Shown one piece after another: positions 40,362 to 49,308 of a DNA stretch of 64,000 nt. The stretch is from NCBI GenBank assembly GCA_963745835.1, contig CAVUZH010000018.1, positions 192,001 through 256,000 on the forward strand, in the 5' to 3' direction. The first letter of the stretch is position 1, and each line of letters begins with the position of its first letter. A model generated the notes under the pieces. The model was not told the DNA's origin. It searched no databases and worked only from the letters and a program-made list of their open reading frames with translations. The translations under genes and the position numbers were made by a program. The DNA comes from an uncultured delta proteobacterium. Its GTDB lineage: Bacteria; Desulfobacterota; Binatia; UBA9968.

Positions 40362-41348
40362 ATGAAAAAAGGTGTTTGGCTTTTAGTCGGGATTTTTCTT
40401 TTTGCTTTATCTGATAGTGGAGCGGCGCAAGAAAAAATCCGCATCGGCATCGGTTCGGTGAGTCTGCAGTCGGTGCTGCCGTTTATCGGCAAGCAGCGCG
40501 GGCTGTTTGCCAAATACAATCTCGTGCCCGAGATTGTCTACATTCCCGGCGGGTCGACCAATGTTCAAGCGTTGATCTCCGGTAACCTGGACATTTCGCA
40601 GCTCTCCGGCGCGCCGGGAGCCGCCGCCAATCTCGAGGGCGCCGACATTATTTATATTCTCGGCCTGCTGGATAAATTGAATTACCAGCTCATCACTCGC
40701 CCGGAAATCAGAAACGTCGAACAGCTCAAAGGCAAGAAATTCGGCATCAGCAGGTTTAGCTCATCGGCGGATTTCGGCCTGCGCGCTTTGCTGAAGAAAC
40801 TTGGCATCGATCCGGTCAAGGATGTGACCATACTGCAGATCGGCGATGAGCACGCGCGCTTGGCAGCGGTGAAGGCGGGAAATATCGATGGAACCGTCAT
40901 GAACGCGCCGTTCGGCGCCGAAGCGGAGAAATTGAAACTCAACGTGGTGGCGGATTCGGTGAAAATGGGCATTCCGTTCTTCAACACCGGTTTGCTAGGC
41001 AGCAAGAAGTTTTTCGACCAGAACGAGGCGAAAGTCCTTAACTTTCTGCGCGCCTACCTTGAATCAATAAAAGTTTTCAAAACGGAAAGAGAATACGCCG
41101 TGAAATCGACCGCTCAGTTCACTCGAATCAACAACACCAAAGCGATTGAGGAAGGATACGACTACTTCAAAGAACAGCTTAACAATGTTCCGTATCCGTC
41201 CGCGGAGGCGATGCATGCCGTCGTAACGCAGCTAGGCGAGACCAATCCCAAGGCTAGGAAAATCGACGGCAAGATCTATGTCGACGATCGATATCTCAAG
41301 CAACTCGAAGAGGAAGGCTTTGTAAAAAAGCTTTGGCAGAGCAAGTAG
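40362..41348 (+). CDS. ABC-type substrate-binding protein, NMT1/SsuA/THI5-like
   Basis: Signal peptide, GLFAKYNL, LKGKKFGISRFSS, RLAAVKAGNIDG. Confidence 0.9.
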   Translation: MKKGVWLLVGIFLFALSDSGAAQEKIRIGIGSVSLQSVLPFIGKQRGLFAKYNLVPEIVYIPGGSTNVQALISGNLDISQLSGAPGAAANLEGADIIYILGLLDKLNYQLITRPEIRNVEQLKGKKFGISRFSSSADFGLRALLKKLGIDPVKDVTILQIGDEHARLAAVKAGNIDGTVMNAPFGAEAEKLKLNVVADSVKMGIPFFNTGLLGSKKFFDQNEAKVLNFLRAYLESIKVFKTEREYAVKSTAQFTRINNTKAIEEGYDYFKEQLNNVPYPSAEAMHAVVTQLGETNPKARKIDGKIYVDDRYLKQLEEEGFVKKLWQSK

Positions 41349-41408
41349 GTTCTTCTTTTGGGCGACGACTCGTAGGTATCAAAAGCTTTGCGGCTAAAGA
41401 GGCACAAC

Positions 41409-42422
41409 ATGAAAGCGCACAGGCTGACGATTGTTTCGGTGTTTTTGATTTTCTTCCTCTCTCTGAATTCCGCTCAGGGCGCGGAAGCCGACGCACAACG
41501 GCAAATACTTGAGGGCGCCAAGAAGGAAGGCAAGTTAGTATTTTATACGTCCGTGGAAACTGAATTTGCGCGGGTGTTGACCGGCGGCTTTGAAGCAAAG
41601 TATCCGTTCGTTAAAACGGACATCTTCCGCTCGAGCCACGACAAGATCTTTAGCCGCTTAAACATCGAGCGCAAGGCCGGAAACTTCGCCGCGGATGTTC
41701 TCAGCGTGGGCGAGTTCGAAACTTATCACATGCAAAAGCGCGGGCTACTGACCCCCTACAAGGCGCCTTCCGCCGCCGTTTATCCTGAAGGATTCAAAGA
41801 TCCGGATGGTTATTGGACGGATTTTTACGACAATTTGATTGTCAGCGCGTACAACACCACGAGAGTGAAGCGCGAAGAGCTGCCTAAAAGCTATGAGGAT
41901 CTGCTCCATCCGCGTTGGCGCCGCCGCATGGTGCTCGATCGGAACGAGGATCGCTGGTTTGCCAACTTGCTTCATCACATGGGTGAGAAAAAAGGCATGG
42001 AATTCATGCAGGCGCTGGCGAAACAGGAAGTCGCCATCCGCTCGGGGCGTTCGCTGATTACCCAACTTATGGCCGCGGGGGAGTTCGACTTGCAGATCGT
42101 CGCCTACTGGTATCGTCCCTATCTGATGAAGAAACAAGGAGCGCCGGTAGACTGGTTTTCCCTGGATCCGGCATTCGTCGCTCTGCATCCGATTAGCATC
42201 ATCGAGCGGGCGCCGCATCTAAATGCAGCCAAGCTTTTTGTCGAGTATGTGCTCTCAGAAGAGGGCCAACGGTTGCTTGCAAAAAGGGGACGGGAGCCGG
42301 TGCGTCCCGGTATCAGGCCGGAAGGATATCCCAATCATTTGAAGGTTGTTCCGAGCCGAGTAGAGCTGGCGGAAAAGCTCGCCGATTATACGCGGCGTTA
42401 CGAATCGCTGTTCGTTAAATAG
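41409..42422 (+). CDS. Extracellular solute-binding protein (Fe3+/thiamine/2-AEP cluster-like)
   Basis: GAKKEGKLVFYTS, FEAKYP, AYNT, PKSYEDLLHPRW, APHLNAAKLF. Confidence 0.9.
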   Translation: MKAHRLTIVSVFLIFFLSLNSAQGAEADAQRQILEGAKKEGKLVFYTSVETEFARVLTGGFEAKYPFVKTDIFRSSHDKIFSRLNIERKAGNFAADVLSVGEFETYHMQKRGLLTPYKAPSAAVYPEGFKDPDGYWTDFYDNLIVSAYNTTRVKREELPKSYEDLLHPRWRRRMVLDRNEDRWFANLLHHMGEKKGMEFMQALAKQEVAIRSGRSLITQLMAAGEFDLQIVAYWYRPYLMKKQGAPVDWFSLDPAFVALHPISIIERAPHLNAAKLFVEYVLSEEGQRLLAKRGREPVRPGIRPEGYPNHLKVVPSRVELAEKLADYTRRYESLFVK

Positions 42423-42443
42423 CAACAAGCGCGCAAGGCGCGT

Positions 42444-42545
42444 GTTCAACAGTTCAAACCGCGCTTCGCGCTATTCAACGACAGGGCGTCGATTGGATCT
42501 GACGTTGAACGTTGAACTATTGAATAGCGAAGCGGTTGAACGGTT
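42444..42545. repeat. Inverted short-tandem-repeat element (GTTCAA / TTGAAC units)
   Basis: GTTCAACAGTTCAAACCGCGCTTCGCGCTATTCAACG ... CGTTGAACGTTGAACTATTGAATAGCGAAGCGGTTGAAC. Confidence 0.75.
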
Positions 42546-43002
42546 ACTCGCCGGACCGTTTCGCCACGGCACCGCTTTTCGCATGGCGTTCGGTTAGCTC
42601 GATGACGTAGCCGTCCGGGTCCTTGATAAAGGCGTAGATATCCTTGCCGCCCGGCCGGTTCGGTCCCGGGCCGCTGACAAATTCCACCCCCTCTGCTTTG
42701 AGCTTGTCGCTGAGCTTGTAACAGTCCGATACGTAAAGCGCGATGTGACCCGTCCACTGTGCCAGAGGAGCTTTGCCTCGGCTCTCGCTCGATTCGATCA
42801 GCTCCAACGACGGGCCTTCATCCTCGCTGCCATAGCCTAAATAGCGCACCCGCTCGTTTCTATCGGGAACATCTCTGATGCGCTGGATGTCCATGCCGAG
42901 AAGGCGGGTGTAGAAATCGACCGTGCGATCCATGTTGCTCACGGGCAACATGGTATGCCGAATGTGGAGTGTGACGCCATCGATCGTGTTTTGTGGGAGC
43001 AT
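42544..43002 (-). CDS. VOC/glyoxalase I-like protein
   Basis: RHTMLPV, FYTRLLGM, GHIALYV, AFIKDPDGYVIELTE. Confidence 0.9.
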   Translation of the reverse strand: MLPQNTIDGVTLHIRHTMLPVSNMDRTVDFYTRLLGMDIQRIRDVPDRNERVRYLGYGSEDEGPSLELIESSESRGKAPLAQWTGHIALYVSDCYKLSDKLKAEGVEFVSGPGPNRPGGKDIYAFIKDPDGYVIELTERHAKSGAVAKRSGE

Positions 43003-43055
43003 GATATCTCCTCAGATCGTGTGGTGATATTCCCGGAGAATCTTCAATCTGGAAA

Positions 43056-43910
43056 CTACGATAACGCTTTGACGAAGGTGCGTTTCAGGAAAACCCCGAT
43101 CAAATGCCGTTTATAATCCGCGCCGCCTTCCAGATCGTCGACGGGATCCGCCGCCTGCGCCAAGGCCTCGGCGGCTTCCGCGAGCTGCCCTTCGACTTGC
43201 GCCTTCGACCCCTGCAGAAGCCGATTGGTTTTCTCTGATTGCGTCGGCACGGCACTGACACTGCCGACCACCGCGTTAGCTTGCTTAATGTTCTCGCCGT
43301 CGATATCAAGCACCAGCGCTAAGCCCAGTGTCGGCCGTTCCTTTAGCTGGTACTTTAAATAAGCGGCGCGTTGACTCGTGGTCGGGATCGGAACCTCGAT
43401 AGCTTCCAGGAGTTCCTCACTTGCCAGCGAAGTTTCGTATGAGCCGGTGATCAGTTTATCGATGGTCACGGTTCGCCTCTTCGACTTCGCCTGCAGATGA
43501 GCTTTGGCGCCGAGGGCCAAGAGTAACGTAGCTGGATCCGAATGGGGTTCGGCAAAACACAGATTTCCACCAAGCGTGCCGCTGGCGCGCACCCGGACAT
43601 TGGCGACATTCCTTTCCATCTGGGCCAGCACCGGCAGATGCTGTTGCACCAGGGGCGAGCGTTCAATGGCGCGATGAGTCGCCGTGCCGCCGATGAAGAG
43701 AGCGCCATCTTTTGATTCGATCTTGTTTAAACCCGGTATCGTTTTAACATCGACCAGGTGCTCGTACCGTAGCAGGTCGTGTTTCATCGCCAGAAGCAGC
43801 TCGGTGCCGCCAGCATAGAGCCGACCTTTTTCGCCGAACTCCGCGAGCATCTCAGAGGCTTCGGCGACACTCTTGGGTTGGTACACCGAAAAACGTCTTA
43901 ACGGCATCAT
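43056..43910 (-). CDS. Xanthine dehydrogenase family FAD-binding (medium) subunit
   Basis: YAGGTELL, ANVRVRASGTLGGNLC, YKRHL. Confidence 0.93.
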   Translation of the reverse strand: MMPLRRFSVYQPKSVAEASEMLAEFGEKGRLYAGGTELLLAMKHDLLRYEHLVDVKTIPGLNKIESKDGALFIGGTATHRAIERSPLVQQHLPVLAQMERNVANVRVRASGTLGGNLCFAEPHSDPATLLLALGAKAHLQAKSKRRTVTIDKLITGSYETSLASEELLEAIEVPIPTTSQRAAYLKYQLKERPTLGLALVLDIDGENIKQANAVVGSVSAVPTQSEKTNRLLQGSKAQVEGQLAEAAEALAQAADPVDDLEGGADYKRHLIGVFLKRTFVKALS

Positions 43911-43920
43911 GATCTTTTAA

Positions 43921-43958
43921 CGTTCCAATCGTTCAAGCATTTCAGGCAGTTCAAATCG
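43921..43958. repeat. Half of a GTTC(C)AA short-tandem-repeat element between the L and M subunit genes
   Basis: CGTTCCAATCGTTCAAGCATTTCAGGCAGTTCAAATCG. Confidence 0.5.
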
Positions 43959-43984
43959 TGAGAAAACACTGGCTACAATCTAGT

Positions 43985-46273
43985 TTACTTTTTGGAAGCT
44001 TGTTTTTCTTTGAGTGCGCGCCAGACTTTCTCCGGAGTGAGCGGCGCCTGGCGGATGCGAACACCCGCGGCGCGGTCGACGGCGTTGGCGATGTTGGCGG
44101 CCATGGAATTCAATGACGCTTCGCCTCCGCCTTTGGCGCCGTAAGGGCCCACGCCGTCCTGGTTCTGCACCAGATGGAGCTCGACTTTTTTCGGCAAATC
44201 AGAAAAGCGCGGCAGGCGATAATCCAAAATAGATCCGTTCATCAGCTGGGAACCTTCATAGATCAGTTCTTCGAACAAACCGATTCCCATTCCCATGGTC
44301 GCGGCGCCGATATCTTGGCCTTCGGCCAAGGCCGGATTGATCGCCAACCCGACATCGCCGACCGTCGCCAGTTTCTCCATGGTAATTTTGCCGGTTTCCT
44401 CGTCAACCGAGATTTCGACACCGGTTGCGGCAGCTTCCCAGAATACCGGCAGAGCCGCGAACTTGCCCGACTTTCTAATGTAGGAACGGCCGATGACTTC
44501 GCCGTCCGGAAGCGCATAGAACTTGCTGATCACTTCCGACCAATTGAGCTGCGCTTCGCCGCAGCGCACGCCGCCACGAACTACCTGGATGTCTTCAACT
44601 TTCACTTTCAGGACGTCGGCGGCCATCACCACCATCTGCTGGATCGCTTCGCGGCTGGCTTCCAAAACAGCGCTTCCCATCAACGTGGTCGTGCGGCTGG
44701 CGCCAGTGGATCGATCGTAGGGGGTGATTGCCGTGTCCGATGAAACAACATTGACCTTGTCGAAATCGACACCCAACTCTTCCGCGGCAATTTGCGGAAT
44801 GACAGTGTGACTTCCCTGGCCGAGCTCGGTGCTGCCGGTCATGATCGTGACCGAACCATCGGCATGCACCCGCACCGCCGTCGACGTGAGCGGGTAAGCG
44901 CCGGCATCGCTGCCGGAGCAGGCAACGCCCCGCCCGTGGCCCTTTGGTAAAGGATCTCTCCAGCCAACCGCGTTTGCCGCGGTGTCGAGATCTTCTTTCA
45001 AGGTCCCATCGAAGGGGCGCATTCCGGGAAAAAATTCTTCACCTGGTTTCGCCGCATTCGCCAGGCGAAACTCGTAAGGATCTTTACCGATCTTAGCGGC
45101 GAGCTCGTCGATTTGCGATTCGCCGGGCAAAGTCACCTGTGCGCAGCCAAAACCCCGATACGAACTCGCCGGCACGGTATTGGTGTAAAGCGAGCAGTTT
45201 TCGATCAAGACATTCGGAATCGCGTAAGGACCGACGCAGCGGTTGCTCGACTTCTCGACCACAAGAGGGCTGTTTTCCGCATAAGCTCCGGTGTTCATGT
45301 AAATCTTCGCCTGTCGCGCGATGATTTTGCCGTTGGCATCCACTGCCGTGCGCATCCAGGTATAGGCGTCATCGCTGCGCGTGGTAAGCATCGCTTCCTC
45401 GATTGTCAGCTGCAGCTTCACCGGTCGCTTGGCTTTCCATGAACAGGCCGCTACCAGCGGCTCGATTTTCGTATACGACTTGCTACCGTAGCCGCCGCCG
45501 ACAAACGGCACGATCAAACGCACTTTGCTGACCGGCCGATTGAACACAGTCTTAAGGTCGTGTCGAACCATGAACGGATGCTGCGCCGACGAATAAATAT
45601 TGACCCCTTGATCGGTGACATCGGCAACGGCGACGTAGGCTTCCATCGCGTAGGCGTAGGTCATCGGAAAATAGTACTCGGCCTCGACGACAGCGGCAGC
45701 GCTCTTGAAAGCTTCGTCGACGTTGCCCCATCTCACTTCGTGTTTCTGGCAAACGTTGCTTCCCTTGCCTGCGGTAACTTCGCCCTCGAAACCACGTAGG
45801 GCGCCGGCCTCGAACTGTCTTTCGTGCAGCAGCGGAGCATCTTTCGCTAATGCCTCTTGCGGCGTGAACACCGCCGGGAGCTCCTGGTATTTCACATCGA
45901 TGAACTCGAGCGCTTCGAAAGCGGTGCGCTCATCTATGGCGACCACAGCAGCTACCGGCTCGCCGGCATAACGGACTTTATCAATCGCCAGCAATGGATG
46001 ATCCTTGACCGCATGGCCATAATAAGGGTTCAGCCCCTCGAGATCATTGCCGGTGACCACGCAGAATACTCCCGGTTGCGCGGCAGCTCGTGATGTATCG
46101 ATGGAAATGATCTTGGCGTGCGCATAGGGGCTGCGCAGCACTTTGGCGTAGGCCATGCCGATGAGCTTCAAGTCGGCCACATACTGGGCCTTTCCGGTGA
46201 CTTTTACACGGCCGTCGCGCCGCGGCACCGAATGATTGACGACATGAAAATCGTTTTTCTTCTCTGGGCTCAC
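43985..46273 (-). CDS. Xanthine dehydrogenase family molybdopterin-binding (large) subunit
   Basis: KVTGKAQY, LRSPYAHA, VGGGYGSK, SSYRGFG, ELGQGSHT, GAKGGGE. Confidence 0.95.
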   Translation of the reverse strand: MSPEKKNDFHVVNHSVPRRDGRVKVTGKAQYVADLKLIGMAYAKVLRSPYAHAKIISIDTSRAAAQPGVFCVVTGNDLEGLNPYYGHAVKDHPLLAIDKVRYAGEPVAAVVAIDERTAFEALEFIDVKYQELPAVFTPQEALAKDAPLLHERQFEAGALRGFEGEVTAGKGSNVCQKHEVRWGNVDEAFKSAAAVVEAEYYFPMTYAYAMEAYVAVADVTDQGVNIYSSAQHPFMVRHDLKTVFNRPVSKVRLIVPFVGGGYGSKSYTKIEPLVAACSWKAKRPVKLQLTIEEAMLTTRSDDAYTWMRTAVDANGKIIARQAKIYMNTGAYAENSPLVVEKSSNRCVGPYAIPNVLIENCSLYTNTVPASSYRGFGCAQVTLPGESQIDELAAKIGKDPYEFRLANAAKPGEEFFPGMRPFDGTLKEDLDTAANAVGWRDPLPKGHGRGVACSGSDAGAYPLTSTAVRVHADGSVTIMTGSTELGQGSHTVIPQIAAEELGVDFDKVNVVSSDTAITPYDRSTGASRTTTLMGSAVLEASREAIQQMVVMAADVLKVKVEDIQVVRGGVRCGEAQLNWSEVISKFYALPDGEVIGRSYIRKSGKFAALPVFWEAAATGVEISVDEETGKITMEKLATVGDVGLAINPALAEGQDIGAATMGMGIGLFEELIYEGSQLMNGSILDYRLPRFSDLPKKVELHLVQNQDGVGPYGAKGGGEASLNSMAANIANAVDRAAGVRIRQAPLTPEKVWRALKEKQASKK

Positions 46274-46483
46274 TACTTGGACTCCTTGCTCATCGCCTGA
46301 GCGGCCGGTTCAATGGGTGATTGATTACGTAGAATGTTTTTCTCTGCATTCACTTCTTCCGCGTCCCTATTCATCGCCTGGGCAGCGCGTTGAATGAGTG
46401 ACTGATAGACCACGTAGAAGTCGGTTTTTTCTCTGCGCTCATTTTTTCTCGCTTGCTCATCACCTGGGCCGCGCGTTGAATGG
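46233..46483 (-). repeat. Three diverged ~83-bp tandem copies of the small-/large-subunit gene junction
   Basis: Minus strand reads IQRAAQVMSK/MSAEK.., IQRAAQAMNR/VNAEKN.., IEPAAQAMSK/VSPEKKNDFHVV. Confidence 0.85.
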
Positions 46484-46925
46484 CGGCAACGATCGGCACG
46501 TAGCCGGTGCAGCGGCAGATATTTCCGTCCATATGATGAATTATTTCCTCGCGGCTCGGTGTCGGATTTTCATCCAGCAGCGCTTTGGCAGACATAATCA
46601 TGCCCGGTGTGCAGAAACCGCATTGGAAGGCAAAATCGTCGATAAAGGCCTGCTGAATTGGGTGGAGTGTGCCGTCGGGTTTTTCCAAGCCTTCAATCGT
46701 TGTGACGCTCTTACCCTGTGCTTCGTATGCTAGATACGTGCAGGCACTTACCGGCAGGTCGTTTACGAGAACCGTACAAGCGCCGCAAACCTGGACCTCA
46801 CAGGATATTTTTGTGCCGTTTAGATTGAGCTGGTTACGAAGAACTTCGGCGAGGGTTTCTTCGGCCTCGCATTCGATTTCAACGGGCTTGCCGTTGAGGT
46901 GAAAGTTCAGAGCGACATTTCTCAT
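46371..46925 (-). CDS. Xanthine dehydrogenase family [2Fe-2S] (small) subunit; true stop probably near 46439
   Basis: CEVQVCGACTV, QCGFCTPG, NICRCTGY; the last ~23 aa come from the junction repeat. Confidence 0.93.
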   Translation of the reverse strand: MRNVALNFHLNGKPVEIECEAEETLAEVLRNQLNLNGTKISCEVQVCGACTVLVNDLPVSACTYLAYEAQGKSVTTIEGLEKPDGTLHPIQQAFIDDFAFQCGFCTPGMIMSAKALLDENPTPSREEIIHHMDGNICRCTGYVPIVAAIQRAAQVMSKREKMSAEKKPTSTWSISHSFNALPRR

Positions 46926-46929
46926 TCGA

Positions 46930-47952
46930 TCACTCGTAGTGCGGCAAAATTGACTCGGCCCACAAGGTCATCTGACGTTCCAAACTGTCCATGCTCGGAT
47001 AAATAATTTTGAGCTCGAAATGCTGTACGCCGTTCTCGATGAATTCATCGACACGACGGCGCACGTCATCTACCGAACCGAAGATGTGGCGATCCAGGGC
47101 AAACTGCATGCTGTCGATGTCGCGCTCGTAGCTTTCGCTACTGGTTTTCAGGGTCGGCAACGCGAGCTGCAAGCCTTCGTCGCGGGTCTTGGCGATGGTC
47201 GCGAGCTTTTCAACGGCAATGGTTATCTTTTTCGGATCGCGGCCGTTTTCCTGCGCCGTCTGCGCTAGAATGTCGCAGCCCACTTTCATTTCCTTGGGCG
47301 AGAGCCAGCCGGGAATCCAGCCTTCGCCATATTTTCCGGCGCGCTTAGCAGCAAGCTTCATCCAGCCGCCGACCCAAACCGGTGGATGGGGTTTTTGCAC
47401 CGGCTTGGGATAAACCTCGGCATCCTTAAATTCGATAAATTCACCCTTGTATGTTGCCAAGGGTTGTGTCCAAACCGCTTTCATCGCTTCGATATACTCA
47501 TCGGTGCGATCGCCGCGCCGTTCATAAGGCACACCGAAGACGCCGAACTCGTCGGATTCACGAGTAGCTTTCGAGCCAAGACCGACGCCGACCAACAGAC
47601 GACCCTTGGCTAGGTGATCCAATGTCGAATACTGCTTTGCCGCATAAATCGGATTACGGCAGGGCATTACCAAGCACGCAACGCCAAGCGTGATCGTTTT
47701 GGTCTCCGCCGCCAGATAGGAGAGGATCGTGGTCGCTTCAAAAAAGTTCGCCTCCTGAGTATCCGTTAAGGCTTCAGCGGCGCCAGAAGAGATGTGATGG
47801 CGATGCATCTCCGAACTCCAGACCACGTGATCGTGAACCCAGATGGCGTCAAAGCCGAGTTCTTCTGCCTTCTTTGTGGCTTTAACGATATTCTCGATGC
47901 TCGAAAGCGGGCCGGAATTCGGCACCCGCACGCCAAACGAAATATTGTGCAT
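46930..47952 (-). CDS. LLM-class flavin/F420-dependent oxidoreductase
   Basis: AEELGFDAIWVHDH, TLDHLAKGRLLVGVGLG, PKPVQKPHPPVWVGG. Confidence 0.93.
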   Translation of the reverse strand: MHNISFGVRVPNSGPLSSIENIVKATKKAEELGFDAIWVHDHVVWSSEMHRHHISSGAAEALTDTQEANFFEATTILSYLAAETKTITLGVACLVMPCRNPIYAAKQYSTLDHLAKGRLLVGVGLGSKATRESDEFGVFGVPYERRGDRTDEYIEAMKAVWTQPLATYKGEFIEFKDAEVYPKPVQKPHPPVWVGGWMKLAAKRAGKYGEGWIPGWLSPKEMKVGCDILAQTAQENGRDPKKITIAVEKLATIAKTRDEGLQLALPTLKTSSESYERDIDSMQFALDRHIFGSVDDVRRRVDEFIENGVQHFELKIIYPSMDSLERQMTLWAESILPHYE

Positions 47953-48012
47953 GACTTGTGCTCCTAATTTAGTAGCTTCAGCAGGGCTTTTGCGCCAAAA
48001 TGCGAGAGAAAC

Positions 48013-48150
48013 AAATCCGAAATCCGAATATCGAAATCCCAAACAAACAGCAGCAAATCAAATCCTGGTCCAAACCTCAAAACGGGGCTTGTTTGGGATT
48101 TTTTTTCATTTTGAATTTGTTTCGAACTTCGGATTTGGAGTTTGCGACTT
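48013..48150. repeat. Inverted heptamer tandem-repeat element (AAATCCG / CGGATTT)
   Basis: AAATCCGAAATCCGAATATCGAAATCCCAAACAAA ... TTTGTTTCGAACTTCGGATTTGGAGTTTG. Confidence 0.8.
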
Positions 48151-48180
48151 ACAGCGCGGTGGCCAGCACTTACCGATCGG

Positions 48181-49101
48181 CTACTCCTTTTCAGTGATCT
48201 CGACTTTGTTGTATTTCAAGTGACGGTTATACCAGTCGACAATGTTGGCGGCGACGTCGTCGAAGTAATCGTTGTAAATGCCGTAATGGGTCGTCTTCTT
48301 ATAGAGCACGAGTTTTTTCGGCTCCCGCGCCTTTTCGTACAAATCAAAGGACTGCTGTTCCGGCGTGACCGCATCGCCTTCCACGGCGATGAACAACACG
48401 CCGCGCGGCGAAATTTTATCGACCACATCGATGGGGCTGTATTCCAAAATCCCTTCGGCGCAGGCCAGCGGCATGGCGTCGGGAATCTTATCGGCCACAT
48501 CTTTCTTGATGTTGGTGGTTTGACGCTCCGGAGTTTGCACCATAATGCCTCCCTCCCGGGCGCTAACCATCGCGCCAGAGCCGGTGGTTACCCGTTTCTT
48601 CCGATCTTCTTCGATGCTCTTGAGGTAATCGATCCATTCATACTCGCGCCGCATCGAATGGAGCCAGTCACGCCCGTTGCTGACACCCAGATAGCTGACG
48701 CAGCACTTGACTCGTTGATCGATGGCCGCGACATAGACGGCGTTGCCGCCGCCAGTGCCGCCGGAGCCGTAAGTAGCGATTCGGTCAGGATCGATCTCGG
48801 CTCGTGTTTGCATAAAGGTAATGGCGTTACGGATGTCCTCCGCTTGCCATTTCGGCATGACCCAGCCGCGATCGTTGCCTTCGCTGTCACCCCAACCGCG
48901 ATAATCAAAGCATAAGCAGGCGTAGCCCGCGGCGCACAGTTTCTCGAACATCATGATGTAGTGCTTGGCATCTTTAAGACCGAGAAAACCGGGGCCTTGC
49001 ACAATGCCGGCAAACGGTTTGTCTTTATCGGAATCCGGCAAGTAGAGCACGCCGGCGAGCTTGATGCCTTCGCTGTAAAAATTTACCTTCTCTGTACGCA
49101 T
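48181..49101 (-). CDS. Alpha/beta hydrolase fold protein (S15/CocE-like) with a non-canonical nucleophile elbow
   Basis: FYSEGIKLAGVLYLP, FDYRGWGDSEG, IDPDRIATYGSGGTGGG, AREPKKL. Confidence 0.85.
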   Translation of the reverse strand: MRTEKVNFYSEGIKLAGVLYLPDSDKDKPFAGIVQGPGFLGLKDAKHYIMMFEKLCAAGYACLCFDYRGWGDSEGNDRGWVMPKWQAEDIRNAITFMQTRAEIDPDRIATYGSGGTGGGNAVYVAAIDQRVKCCVSYLGVSNGRDWLHSMRREYEWIDYLKSIEEDRKKRVTTGSGAMVSAREGGIMVQTPERQTTNIKKDVADKIPDAMPLACAEGILEYSPIDVVDKISPRGVLFIAVEGDAVTPEQQSFDLYEKAREPKKLVLYKKTTHYGIYNDYFDDVAANIVDWYNRHLKYNKVEITEKE

Positions 49102-49116
49102 ATCAAACTCCTGTGA

Positions 49117-49236
49117 CAGGCCGTTGAAAGGCTCATCTGCTTCGTTGCCCTCGATCGCCTCGCTCCAACGTACCTGAGTTCGTCTACGCTCATCGATTCT
49201 CGCGCGCCTCGCATCTAGACTCTTTTGCACGACCTG
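49117..49236 (+). mobile_element. MITE-like element, diverged copy 2
   Basis: CAGGCCGTTGAAA..GCTTCGTTGC..CGCGCGCCTCGCATCT..TTTTGCACGACCTG. Confidence 0.7.
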
Positions 49237-49308
49237 AAATCAAACCTGGACCTTCAACACACTCTTAAATATTGTCCGAGATCCAAACCCCCGCACCCGA
49301 AACCTACG

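Noticed and set aside
43056-46925. Aerobic CO dehydrogenase (form I coxMSL)
   Set aside because: The large subunit has SSYRGFG rather than AYxCSFR, the order is S-L-M, and no cox accessory genes are present.
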